Of a stretch of 64,000 nucleotides of DNA, positions 48,323 through 61,062 are shown one piece after another. Both the position numbers and the translations under genes were made by a program. The stretch lies in contig NC_043010.1 in the NCBI RefSeq assembly GCF_006345805.1, forward strand, positions 41,044,001-41,108,000, written 5' to 3'. Source of the stretch: Octopus sinensis. Taxonomy: Eukaryota. Under the pieces are notes generated by a model. The model saw only the letters and a list, made by a program, of their open reading frames with translations, searched no databases and was not told the origin of the DNA. Each line of letters begins with the position of its first letter. The first letter of the stretch is position 1.

Positions 48323-49611
48323 TTGGGTCATCCGATAAATAATGCGTTTTTTTTTTATAGTTCTTTTATTTTCCAAAATAAAGATAAACAAAGTTCTTTT
48401 TTAATCTAAAATATACTCTCCTTCATTTTCTACAATGCTCTTCTATCTATCTGGTAGACTTACAAGCCCTTCTTCCAAAATTCACTTGCCCGTGACAAAA
48501 AATACTCTTCCAGTACTGTTCAGATCTCATCTACAGAATTCATATTTTTTCTGTCCACATAATTTTGAAGACGGCGGAATAAATGATAATCAGATGGGGC
48601 AATATCTGGCAAATATGGAGGGTGGGACATTGTTTCCCATTCAAACTGCTCCAGCCTTTGGAATGTCATCCTCACTGTATGTGGCTGAGCATTATCCTGA
48701 TTGAAGAACACCTTTCATCTTGAAACCAAAGATGGTCGTTTTTCTTCAAGCGCTGACTTAGGACACTCAAGCTGCTCACAGTAGATCTCCTTTGTTAGCA
48801 TTTGGTTTGGGTTTAAAACTTCAGAGTGGACTAAACCTTTCATGTCTCACCAAACAAATAACAACACCTTACGTGGGTGAAGACCTTCTTTAGCCTGGGA
48901 TGCTGATGTTTCTCCTTTCCCTACCTACTGTCTTCGGCATTTGACATTTTTATAGAGAACCCATTTCTCATCACCAGTCAGTATTCGCTCCAAAAAAGGT
49001 TCATTCATGAGACATGACAGCAAAGAAGAGCACACATTCACTCTCTGCATACTATTAGACACCGAAAGTTTGTGAGGAACCCAATGAACCAATTTGCTCA
49101 CTTTCCTAATGGCACAGAGGTACAGATAAATGGTTTAATGGCCAAATCCAAGCTTCTCTGCTAGTTCCTCAACAGTTATGATGGGATTTTGTTCCATTAG
49201 GGTCTTCAGGATGTCCTCATCAAGCTCTACGGATCTTCCAGGATGAGACTAATCTTCTAGGCAGTAATTTCTGGCTCGGAATTTCTGAAACCACCATTGA
49301 TACTAGTGTATGCTTATTGTCCAATCCCCATATACTGCATTAATATTCCTTGCACTTTCTGTTTTGTTGTTGCCTTTATTGAACTCATAAAGCAAAATAT
49401 GCCGAATATGCTTCCTTGTCACTTCTATTATAGCTTTGAAAAACTAACTGTTAAAACTGAACTGCACTCTTCAAAACTTGAGCTAAGATTAAGCAGAAAG
49501 TAAAATTACTGCCTACTTTTATAGCAAGTTGACGCAGGTAGTTTATCCCATCCCCATCCGACTTTTAGGTCATACAATTGAAAAAACCTCATTATTTATG
49601 GGATGATCCAA
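48323..49611 (-). mobile_element. Full-length-sized (1289 bp) mariner relic with both TIRs
   Basis: TIRs TTGGGTCATCCGATAAATAATGCG and TTGGATCATCCCATAAATAATGAG; QDNAQPHT and HPPYLPDIAPSDYHLF DD34D motifs; ORF broken. Confidence 0.85.
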
Positions 49612-50457
49612 TTGTATTATTATATATGTACACATATGTATTTGCATTATCTCGTCGGATAATTTGGCAGACTTTCAGAACAGCACATGCTCATAAATCA
49701 GATTTTCTTCATTTTTTATGGAAATTTTTCCAATTTTTTCCACCACACCCCCATAAATGATTGAGGGAAGCTTTTTCTGAATACATTTTTCTCAAATTTA
49801 TGAATTCCCTGGTCACCACTTTCTAGAGCAATCTCGTTTGGATATTTTTCTTTTTTCTTATATGATTCACTCAAAAACAATAGGAGAGGTCTATTGGGGG
49901 AAATTTATGAATTTTCTTCAAACAATCCTCCCCAACTCAGTACCGATTTTGGCCAGTTCCTTTTACACTATGCACCACTTTGTTCAAAGCCTCCCTTGAC
50001 CTCAAGTGGCCTGAACTCTTTACATGAACACCACCCTGTACTTAACTCCATGTCCCCCTACATGGCCTTGCTATTTGCTTTTGAGCCAAATTAACTAACT
50101 AACTAACTAACTTCAAAATTATGGGAGAAGCCTTGGAGATTGAATAAAAATTGGTGGGGGGAAATTAGCACTACAATCCCCACTTCCTTTATTTCCATAC
50201 GAAAAATGAAACGTAATCTAAAAACAATAGTGAAATTTGTTTTAATTGTTTTGATTAACCCTGCCCCTCCATAATTCCTAAAATCTTTTTTTTTTTTTTT
50301 TTTTAATCATAGTTTTAAAATATGGACAGTCTGGAAGGTGTGTGATTTAAGGGAGATTTAGTAGTTATTTCTGGTACATCACACATCCAGCTGGTACCTT
50401 CCTCATTCTTTTGTCATTCTGACATGCATTGATGTTTTACTCCCCATAAACTCATTT

Positions 50458-50874
50458 GGATCTTTTCGGTTTGACCGGTAGTTTTTTAAAATAATTTCGA
50501 CGTAACTAAATACTTTTAAACTTCATATACTGGTAGAATGTGTTTATAAAACATCTTTTTCTCTTGGCTTTATTGAGAAAATTTTATAGTTTGTAAGATA
50601 TTTGTTGTTTTTTTTTCTTCAATTTCTGCAATTTCAACCAATCAATGACGTCTATTGAGGTGAAAGCATTCTGTGCCATATGAATATGTCCCTCGTTTAA
50701 GAAACAGATTGGGTTTATTTACATTTCTGAAGAAAAAAAGATACCCTTCCCCAAACCCTAACCCTAACCCTAAAACAGATTGAAATGCAATAGATCGATA
50801 CTAGGGTCATAATTATGGGTGACAATTTCATATGACACTGCTAGAAAAAACTGCTGTTCAAACCGAAAAGATCC
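50458..50874. mobile_element. 417-bp MITE with 30-bp TIRs, 8-bp TSD and internal (CCCTAA)3
   Basis: TIR GGATCTTTTCGGTTTGA(C/A)C(G/A)G(T/C)AGTTTTTT; TSD ACTCATTT at 50450-50457 and 50875-50882. Confidence 0.85.
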
Positions 50875-51284
50875 ACTCATTTTATGGAATGATGACGCAG
50901 TGGTCCTTTTCTGGAATTTAAGCAACAAAAACTAAGTTGATTTAAATCTTTAACCCAGTCCTCAGCAATTTTCAACTACTCTAATAATTTCCTTGGTCGA
51001 TGAAGCAATCAACAGTCCAAACATGTTTTCTCACAGAACTGCTCACAAATGACAGCAATGATAGGAAGGGTGACGTTTTGTTTACAGTGTGTGCACATCT
51101 GTTAAGACGAGAGAAATACACACTCAATCATGCATGCATGTACACACACACACACAGACACACGCATACAAATACATATGCATATATGTGTATGTATGTA
51201 TATATTTATAGATATATATATACTCACACGCACATATATATACACACACAAACACACACACGCACACAGATAATATTCTTTTGT

Positions 51285-51459
51285 CATTTGATTGTGACCA
51301 TGCTGGAGCACCGCCTTTAGTTGAAGAAATCAACCCCAGAACTTATTTTTTGTTAGCTTACTTATTCTATCAGTCTCTTTTGCCGACCGCTAAGTTACAT
51401 CAATGTAAACACACCAACATTGGTTGTCAAGCAATGGTGGGGGACAACACAGACACATA

Positions 51460-51515
<56 letters not shown>

Positions 51516-51818
51516 GTATGTATGTACGTATGTAGTGTGTATATGTATAATATCATATATATATATATAACACACATATATGTATATATTGTATATATAT
51601 ATGTATATAATTATTATTTGAGAGAATAAAATCCAAACTTATATGTATATATATATATACACGACAGGCTTCTTTCAGTTTCCATCTACCAAATCCACTT
51701 GCAAGGCTTTGGTCAGCCCAAGGTTATAGTAGAAGTCACTTGCCCAAGGTGCCATGCAGTGGGACTGAACCCAGAACCATTTGGTTGGTAAGCAAGCTAC
51801 TTACCACATAGCCACTCC
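51285..51818 (-). mobile_element. SINE family B with expanded internal (TA)n
   Basis: Head at ~51800, tail at ~51290. Confidence 0.85.
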
Positions 51819-52859
51819 TAATAATAAATATCATCATCATCATCATCATTATTTAACATCAGTTGTACATGCTGGTATGGGTTGATCAAGTTGGACAGCT
51901 TGATTAAGCTGGATGGTGTAATGGGTGCTTTTACATGCCACTGGCATGGGTGCCATTTGCGTGACACCAGTATCTGCCATGACTGTGATTTTTCTTGGCT
52001 CGATGGGTCTTCTTCTCAAGCATGACATAAAACCAAAGGTCTTAGTCATTGCATCCATGAGGCCCAATGCTCAAAAGGAATATATATATATCACCATCAT
52101 CATCATCATCATCATTTAGCGTCCGCTTTCCATGCTAGCATGGGTTGGACGGTTCAACTGGGGACTGGGAAATATATATATATATATATAGACATACTTT
52201 ATTTAAAAGCAGCAGAAATTCAACAAAGCATATTACTCTACCCCTGGTATTTGAGTACTCTTTTTTCCACCTTGTTTCACATTTATGTGTTTACTCTGGT
52301 ATTCCCTGATTTATTGTGCTAGGTCGCTTGGTGTTAAAATAAGGGTATTATTAAATTAATATCTAATTTTTCACCCTCATTTTTGAATATATATATATAT
52401 ATACATATACATACATATGTGTGTACATGTGTGTGTATGTGTGTGTGTGTGTGTGTAGTGATTATAGTGATGTAAACAGGAAACATAGAACTCAAAACGT
52501 GAGTACATTTATCTTTTTATTAATTTATCAAACTAGTTTGATAAGTGCCAATGCATCAAACTCTTGGCTCTTGTGTCACACTGTAGCTTCTACCAAATAT
52601 TAATATACATATACAAGGGAAGTCAAGAATTATCTGCACTTTCACCATGACATATCTCTATTATTGTCACACTGCCTTCTGTGCATGCGTGCTTATAGTT
52701 GGTACTATTGTGGTTACGTGATCAAAGTTTGAGCCTGATCATGCCATTTTTCTTTCTGGCTTTACAGTATAAGAATGGCTGCCCTACTAGTAATGTGCAA
52801 CAAAGAAGAACAAAGAGCAGCGATCCAAGAGATGGTAATGCAGAACTGGTTTGCCATTA

Positions 52860-53260
52860 CCATCTCTTGAGCTTGCTGAATCTTCTTGTCAGTCATGGCT
52901 GCAAATAATTTCTGTGACCACATCACCCCTAACATCTGGCCACCTAACAGACTGCAACTCACTTGATTATTATGCATGAGGTGCAGTTGAGCAAGGGACC
53001 AACAAATCTCCTTGTAACCCCAAAGATGAACTGAAGGATTATGGGGAGCATTCACCAACTTAAACAAGGAGACCATCCAGAAGAGTTGCAGGAGATTCTG
53101 AAGTCGTCTGGAGGCCGTGGTTGAAGCCAATGGTAATTCTATTGAATAAATTTATTCTTTAGTATTTCAAGATATTTCTATGTAAGTTTGTTAAATATAT
53201 ATGTTAAAATGAGATGTCAGAGCTATTTTCATTTTTGTATAATTTAGATGACAATTTATT
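52860..53260 (+). mobile_element. 3' end of a maT-type transposon
   Basis: Degenerate ITPNIWPPN..LDYY..AVEQGTNK...SRLEAVVEANG. Confidence 0.7.
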
Positions 53261-53723
53261 CACCACACTATATATATATATATATATATATATTACACCA
53301 AATTTCACTCACAAAGTACTGCTCAACCCACAGCTAAAGTATTGGACACCAGCCAACAGCCATCCATTCAGTGATTGTGAATCTGAAAATACATGGTTTC
53401 AAGCCAACAAGAAATTGTAACTAAATCTCTCTCAAATGACACCTTAACATCTTAAAAAGTCAAGGATACAATTGACAATGTATCCTTAGTGGATTTGACA
53501 ATGTATTCCTAGTGGATAAAATGATAGGATAGTGAAACTTGAGCAAAAACCTTCTCAATCAGGTTAGGTTTGACAGGGGGGGGGGGTAATTAACAACTAG
53601 TTTCCTTTTTTCTTTTTTCTGAGTTCAAAAATATATAAAGAATTTTGATGCTCTTTTTGTGATTCCATCCAAATGACAAATTTCTTGATTTTAAAATAGC
53701 TTTAATTCAATAAATAAACTTAC

Positions 53724-53877
53724 CTATATTTTTTGCATGTTGTTTCTCTAACTCTTTCTCTTGTTGCAATAGTGCTTGCTTATGTTCTTCAGTGATTTTT
53801 TCTTGAGCAGTCACATGAGCCAGTTGCAGTGCCTGTAAAGCCGACTGGTGGTCTTTCATCAATTTTGCCTCAAGTTC
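53724..53877 (-). CDS. FAM184A: FAM184-like exon (154 nt)
   Basis: ELEAKLMKDHQSALQALQLAHVTAQEKITEEHKQALLQQEKELEKQHAKNI; TTTTGCAG acceptor, GTAAGT donor; phase 0 to 1. Confidence 0.88.
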
Positions 53878-54297
53878 CTGCAAAATGCAAATAAAAAAGA
53901 AACCAGATTATTGTAGTGTTGATAACTGTACATAGATACAGCATGGTCAAATTGCTTAGAGAGAGAGAGAGAGTTCATCCAAGAAAAAACAAGGAAAAAC
54001 ACAAGAAAAAACAACAGTGCAAAGATGTGGTACATGCAAAGTATCAGCAGACACTCAGGGAAGGAGAGAAAGGTAGTTTTATGTTATGAGCAAAGCTCTT
54101 TGTCAGAAACAGGAGATGGAAGAAAAACTAAGAGAAAAAGAAAATGGAGGGGAAAAAAATTCGACATCCATATATATGACAGGCTTCTTTCAGTTTCTAT
54201 GTATTAAATCTATCACAAGGCTTTGATTGACTCGGGGTTACAGCAGAAGACACTTGCCCCCAAGGTACTAGAAGTATTGGGGTATAATATTACATAC

Positions 54298-54510
54298 CTG
54301 AATATCTTTTTTGTGAACCAAATGGATTTCATTCATCGCAGTCTTCTGCATCACATTTAATCTTTCTGTTTCTTGTTTCAATCTTTCATCAAAGGAAAGT
54401 GCATCACGTTCAAATTGGCCCTCCATTAACCTGAACCGGGCTTTCTCTTCTTCAATTTGAATGGCACAACGGCTCATAGCAGTGGTCAGTTCACTTTGCA
54501 AGGAAAATAT
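54298..54510 (-). CDS. FAM184A: FAM184-like exon (213 nt)
   Basis: IFSLQSELTTAMSRCAIQIEEEKARFRLMEGQFERDALSFDERLKQETERLNVMQKTAMNEIHLVHKKDIQ; phase 0 to 0; the acceptor is AAG, so the 5' boundary is less certain. Confidence 0.85.
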
Positions 54511-54932
54511 CTTGTAAAAAGACAGATTAAAAGAAAGAGAACACATAAAGTTTTAGTGCTATTACCAAATTTAACAGCTTTTCTTATATAAACTGTTTTT
54601 GTGTAATTTTTTAAACAGAAGAGGCAGAACAGTTCCCATGGAATGCCTCCAAGATAGAAAGGGAGAAGAAACTCTGACTCACTATGTACAGACTCAGCTG
54701 ACAAGCTCCTATACAGTTTCCATTTGCACAGTTTCACTCAAAACACTTAGTTCATCCTGAAGTTATGGTAGAAGATCTGTTGTGCAGGCGTACCAAACCA
54801 GAAACCATGTGATTATCGGACAAACATCTTAACCACATGCTCATATCAGTGACCATAAAAGAATTTATTAGAGTATATGACCATGTGTTTAAGAGGTTCA
54901 CTTTGCAACCATAATGATCCAGGTTTATTTCT

Positions 54933-55165
54933 TATTTCTTTATTGCCCACAAGGGGCTAAACATAGAGGGGACAAACAAGGACAGACAAATGGATTAAGT
55001 CGATTATATCGACCCCAGTGCGTAACTGGTACTTATTTAATTGACCCCGAAAGGATGAAAGGCAAAGTCGACCTCGGCAGAATTTGAACTCAGAACATAA
55101 CGGCAGACGAAATACCACTAAGCATTTCGCCCAGCGCAATAACATTTCTGCCAGCTTGCCGCCTT
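54933..55165 (-). mobile_element. Full-length SINE family A with 15-bp TSD
   Basis: TSD TCCAGGTTTATTTCT at 54918-54932 and 55166-55180. Confidence 0.9.
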
Positions 55166-56840
55166 TCCAGGTTTATTTCTACAGCAGGGCACCTCGGGCA
55201 AATGTCTTGCATTTATTTCTTCTGTTTTTTTTCATTTTGTTTTTCTTGTGTATTTTCAAAGTCCAGTGTCCTGGATTTTAAAAACATCTAACATTATGAA
55301 CTGATCTTGAAAAATTGCTCAGAGACAAACGGCATGTTATATAAGTCTACCAATTTAATGTATCCTAAAGCATGAAATTATTAGTAGCTCTTTTGTAATT
55401 CATCATCATTTAACGTCCTTTTTCTATGCTGGCATTGGTTGCAAAGTTTGACCAAAAACTAGTGTGTGTGTGTGTGCGCGCACGCGCGGGTGTGTGTATG
55501 TGTGTGTGTATGTGTGTGCTATAATTTCTCTCTTGATACAGTCCTTCAGGTTACTACAGAAGTGAATGGTGGGTTGTGTTGCATCAGACATCATTACACA
55601 ATAACACAATATATTTCAATGGTCACCATGGATCATGGGGATATGGTGATATTATAACTTGAAGGAAGGTGGCAAGCTGGCAGAATCGTTAGCATGCCGG
55701 GCAAAATGCTTAGCAGTATTTCTTCTGAAACTACGTCCTGAGTTCAAAATCCTCTGAGGTCAACTATGCCGTTCATCCTTTTGGGGTCAAGAAAGTAATG
55801 GGCTAGTGTTCTTCCCACAAATTCAGGCCTTGTGCCTTTAATAGGAAGGATATTATAACCTGAAGGGTGATCCAGTAATTATTGAGAGCTAACACTTTAT
55901 TCACAAAGTTCCTAACTCTGCAGGCTTAATTATTGTTAGACAGCATAGTTTTAGACTGAAGGGTAGATTTCTCTAGACAGTTGATTTTAATTATGCTGAT
56001 TGCGTTTTGAATACTCTGAGTCTCTTTCATTTAAGGTGTTATTTGTTGTAATTAATAAATGATTTTTATATGACATCTTTTTTGACATTACTCCATTTTA
56101 TCAGAAGTTTGTTGATTCTCCTGCTTCTAAGATCCCAAATATACTGGGAGAGTAATGTTGCACAGATCTTGACTCTTTATATATGAAGGAGTCTACGAGA
56201 CAGTAAGATCCCAGAAATGCAGAGACAGAATCAATTCAAAAGCATTGTTCCAATACATCAAGGAAATAGAAATTAACAATACGCCAATAAACTATATTAT
56301 TGTTAAAAATCTCTTTCATATGTTAACAAAGTACATAATCACATTGCAGAAAATATATACATTTAATCTTAAATTCCTGCAGTGCTTTCTCTCTATAAGG
56401 CCCCCACTGCCGCAAGTCACTAACAGGACATGAACCATGTATCTGTTACTGGTCAGGTAACTGTATTATCAATTTACATTACAGAGACACTACCATTTTC
56501 TTTCATCACAAATTAGGCACTATAAATTGTTCTACTGCTTTATCTCACTAATTTATCTCTATCATTTACAGTCAGAATACAGTTAAAGTATCAAAAACAT
56601 TTTAAAATAACTAATTTAAGAGGCTAAATGGTCAGGTGCTCTTTAGTGTAATCAATAATGTAGTCATGCAGTAAGCTACAGGAACATAATTTGAGTCTTG
56701 TTTATTGGTCTAATTTTGCTTCTTTTTTACAAATGCATGTTTATAATGTCCATTATCACTGAATGTAGAATTGTTGCTTTTTTTTGTTTGAGTTTTTTTG
56801 TGGGTTTTTTTTTTGTGTCTCAAAAAGTAAACTTAAATAC

Positions 56841-56991
56841 CTCTTGTTGTAACTGAGCCACTTTATCTTCCCATCCTTTACAGGCAGCTTTTATTTCTGC
56901 ATCCTTATCATAAGACATTTGATCAAGTGCGTCTCGCTTTTCAGTTTCCTTCTGGATAATAACCAGCTCACGAACACGGTTGCATTCCAGT
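56841..56991 (-). CDS. FAM184A: FAM184-like exon (151 nt), most 5' exon found
   Basis: LECNRVRELVIIQKETEKRDALDQMSYDKDAEIKAACKGWEDKVAQLQQE; TTTCCCATCAG acceptor; begins in phase 2, so further exons lie upstream. Confidence 0.85.
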
Positions 56992-57614
56992 CTGATGGGA
57001 AAAAGAAAAGCAAGCATTTAATACTAAACATAAAAGGTATTTTTTTGCTTCTTGTCTGTACTAAAATCTTCATTTCAATATAGATTTTATGAAAGATTCT
57101 TTTTCCTTCTTGGTATGACTTGGCAAAATGGATAAAATGTTCAGTTAAATTTCCAAGATACACACACCACAGAGACTATACACATTTATGTGAAACCAAT
57201 ATCAAGTGGAACTAACAAAAGATTTCCATTATTAAAAAATATATTAATAATGTATTGAATTCAGCTTCCTGACAACCAGAACATTACTCAGTTCAAGCTA
57301 TGTGAGTGACAATTATAGTTTCTCCTTCAAACATTACTGTGAAACTAAAGAAGCCAATTCTGTATTTCAAGACAATCACAAATGTTGGTTTAAGTCAATG
57401 TATATAGGAGCATATATGACCCTGAGATGAAGGAGTTTGCTTCACAACAACATGTTGCCAGGTTCAATTCTAATGTGTGGTATCATGGACAAGTGTTTTT
57501 TTGGGGGGCTTTTTTTTACCATTATGTCGTGATGACCAATAATTTGTGAGAAAAATTTGGTAAATGGTAACTGGGTAGAAGCTCATCATGTGTGAGTATG
57601 TGTGTGTGCATGTG

Positions 57615-57644
<30 letters not shown>

Positions 57645-57645
<1 letters not shown>

Positions 57646-57920
57646 AGACGTGTGGCTTAACAGTTTGGGTATTTGGTTGATGATTGTGAAGTTATGAGTT
57701 TGAACAAGACACTTTATATCACATTACTCCAGTCCATTCAGCTGGCAAAAATGAGTAGAAGCTGTATTTCAAAGGGGCCACTCTTGTCACATTCTGTATC
57801 ACGCTGAATCTTCCTGAGAACTTTGTAAAGGGAACACATTTCTGTGGAGTGCTCAGTCACTTGCACATTAATTTCACAAGCAGGATTCCCCATTGATGAG
57901 ATCAACTGGAATCTTCATCA
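57645..57920 (+). mobile_element. tRNA-derived SINE with CORE/Meta-like domain, diverged
   Basis: CTCCAGTCCATTCAGCTGGCAAAAATGAGT domain and GTGGAGTGCTCAG tail. Confidence 0.7.
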
Positions 57921-58739
57921 TCATAACTAATAGAGTACCACTTTTTAACCTAATACTAATCTTTGATGTGGTACATAATGACACTCTGATTGTTTATGGA
58001 ATAATTGAGTGTAAGAGATTTAAAGCATGTATACCATTTTATATCTTGTTCCTTTCCCTGTTTTATGTAATACAGAGTCAGTGACTGGACCATAGATACA
58101 TACAAAGAAAGACTTTCTTAATAGTATTACGTACTATATATAATAGTGTTATATACTATATATAAAGTATCGATGTCTTTCTTTGTAATTCTACAACCTG
58201 GTTCACTGTTCTCTGTGACCAGATAAGTCATGGGTGTATAACAAAATACTTAAATACTGATGTTATGTGATGTTATATGACAATGATAAAACACTTCATT
58301 GTTGCTGGTCAACTTTAACAAAATATGAAAAGTGATTATGAGAAAGCTCAATGTTTTGGCTACGTAGTTTATAAGTGTTTCATTAACTTGTTTCACTGAG
58401 CTCACATTCTACACTAGGTAAGAAATGTTCAAGCATCAAGATAAAACTGAGATGAATGAAAATATCAAACCAAAAGGCCTGATATTTGAGGGTAAGAGTA
58501 AATCCATGTCTGTATCGAGAGTATTGATGGTGTAAGCAAAGTAAAATGATGAAAGTTTGGTTTCAAATTTGGGCTACAGACTCATGTGGGATCTTATTTC
58601 TACTTCATACTGGAAGATCGTTCACCATTAGATAATAAATATTGATTAGTGTAAAACCAGTGCTGAGATACAGAGGGGATTAATAGGGTTTAGTAAGGTG
58701 TGCAGTATTTTGCTTTTAAGAGTTTAATGAGGAGGAAGG

Positions 58740-59150
58740 GACAATGCATTTGTATTTTGAAAAAGCTTCCAACAGCTGATGCTCAATTTGAACATCAATG
58801 TCAGTAGAACAATACAGATAGGGAGGGAATTGCAAAGAGCTAAACTTCTAGGGAGGAAAGATTATGCAGAGCAGTCAGTAAGTGGAGGCACAATATGGGT
58901 CTTGAGAGGAGGAGAAACAGGTGTGTGGGGTGAGTGTGGATGGAGATGGTACGCAACTAGCTACTTCAGAAAAGTAGAATCTGTTGCAATTTCAAATGCA
59001 ATAGAGAAAGAAGAGACAGTTTGTCTGTGGGTCAGAAGGAATAGTATATCAGTGAGTCAGATGCTTTTATTTTGGTTGAGGTCAAGAATTTGCTGCAATG
59101 AAATGCTGCAAAGCATGTCATAATCTAGCACTCTTCAGTTTCAACCACTT
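58740..59150 (-). mobile_element. Old CR1-group LINE 3' remnant
   Basis: Degenerate translation ...HPHSPHTPVSPPLKTHIVPP...SFLPRSLALCNSLP resembles the SFFPRT..LWN.LP C-terminus of CR1/L2-group ORF2. Confidence 0.45.
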
Positions 59151-59995
59151 CCACAGGCCTGAATACATTAGGAGCCACTATGGAATCACCTGACCAACTA
59201 GAAAGAACTACGGATTTTTTCAAATCTCACCCAACTGTCTTTAAAAAGAGGAAAAAACACACTGGATAATGTAACCCTAGGTCCACTGTACCCAAACAGG
59301 GGCAAAGATCTTTTGTCAGGTCTGCATACAACACACACTAGCAACATACCAATCAACATCATACTGATGCTCCCTCTCAAGACACATTATGCAGACCCTC
59401 CCTTTCCAACCCATATACACACACCTAGCTCTTGCTGTCCCTCAATTTACACACACATATCTCAGACCATCCACCCTTCCCTACCACCATGATTACCACC
59501 ACACATAACACCCCACCAATCTCATATTTCCCTTCATCACCACACGCCTCCCTGTTTAATATATTGTGAAAGACAACAATGGGAAACATGAGATGAAAAT
59601 GGAAATATTAATCCTCCAGGCCATCCCACCACTACAAAAAAGCCTCATACTTTTTAACCCCTAGAATCACCATCCTTCCTTTCAGTAACATTTTCCTCCC
59701 TTATAATACAAAGGTCATAAGGTCAAGTTTCCTCCACTCCTTAAATGTATGTCATATATTTACAACTATACACACATATATACACACACACTTCCGCAAA
59801 GCCATGCCTGGCTGAGAAGCTCACTTCCAAACCGCATAGCTTCATATTCAATTCTACTATGTGACATCTTTTGTAAGTGTTTTTACTACAGTTCTGAACT
59901 GGACAAAGCCTTGAGGGTGAATTTGGTAACAAGAAACCGAAAGTTCCTCATATACACATATACCTATCTCTCTCTCTCTTCTATATATATATATA

Positions 59996-60036
<41 letters not shown>

Positions 60037-60294
60037 TATTATATATAGTTCAATTAGAGGTTAAATAAGCCTCATTAAGGGATAATGATATCCAATGAAT
60101 TTACTAGTTTATTACCTACTAATTATTTTGAATATGAATTTTGATACTCAAAAATCGGTAATTAAATAAAACAAGGTTTATATTTAAGGAAAAATAGAGA
60201 TTAATCAACTATTAATTATTAAAATATAAATATAATTATTAATTGATTTATCTCTATTTTTATATTTTTCTGATATATATATATATATATATAT

Positions 60295-60495
60295 CATCAT
60301 CATCATCGTTTAACATCCGCTTTCCATGCTAGCATGGGTTGGACGATTTTGACAGAGGGCTGGCGAACCAGATGGTTGCACCTGTCTCCAATCTTGATTT
60401 TGCAGAGTTTCTATGGCTAGATGCCCTTCCTAACGCCAACCACTCCGAGAGCGTAGTGAGTGCTTTTTACGTGCCACCGGCACGGGGGCCAGTTT
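60295..60495 (-). mobile_element. RTE-tail SINE-like element, 3' part
   Basis: (CAT)n-CGTTTAACATCCGCTTTCCATGCTAGCATGGGTTGG, same family as 34675-35087. Confidence 0.75.
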
Positions 60496-60517
60496 ACCAT
60501 ATAATATATACATATAC

Positions 60518-60574
<57 letters not shown>

Positions 60575-60817
60575 ATACATATACATATACATATATATAT
60601 ATATATATACATATATACATATACATATATATATATCCATATACATATATACATATACATATATATATACATATACATATATATATATAAATATATAAAT
60701 TTAACAATTAAGGATAAAATCTTAATAAGGATTCTTAACAAGAAATTATCAGGTAGTTAGCGTGAAAAACCTCATAAGAGAAAAAATTCGAAAATAATTT
60801 TTTCACTTGAAAATATT

Positions 60818-61062
60818 TATTTATATTGTATAGAAGGCATTATTACACATAAATGCCACACGCTAAGAGGGACATAAGTCATTACTACCAAAATTTAACT
60901 AATCATACCGAATGCAGCTCTCGAAGCAAGACATTTAAAAAACTGAATTTAGTTCTATATCACCTGCATTCGGTATGATTAGTTAACTTTTGGTAGTAAT
61001 GACTTATGTCCCTCTTAGCGTGTGGCATTTATGTGTATAATGCCCTCTATACAATATAAATA
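60818..61062. repeat. Long inverted repeat (~100-bp arms, 46-nt loop)
   Basis: 60818-60917 versus 60964-61062 differ at about 3 positions. Confidence 0.95.

Noticed and set aside
56992-57163. 5' extension of the ORF overlapping the first FAM184-like exon
   Set aside because: A clear polypyrimidine/CAG acceptor sits at 56992-57010; upstream sequence is intron-like.
60762-60806. HHR-like layout GTGAAAAAC-CTCATAAGA-GAAAAAATTC-GAAAA-TAA-TTT..TTCAC
   Set aside because: The core does not match CUGANGA and the apparent stems are mostly A/T runs that arise by chance.
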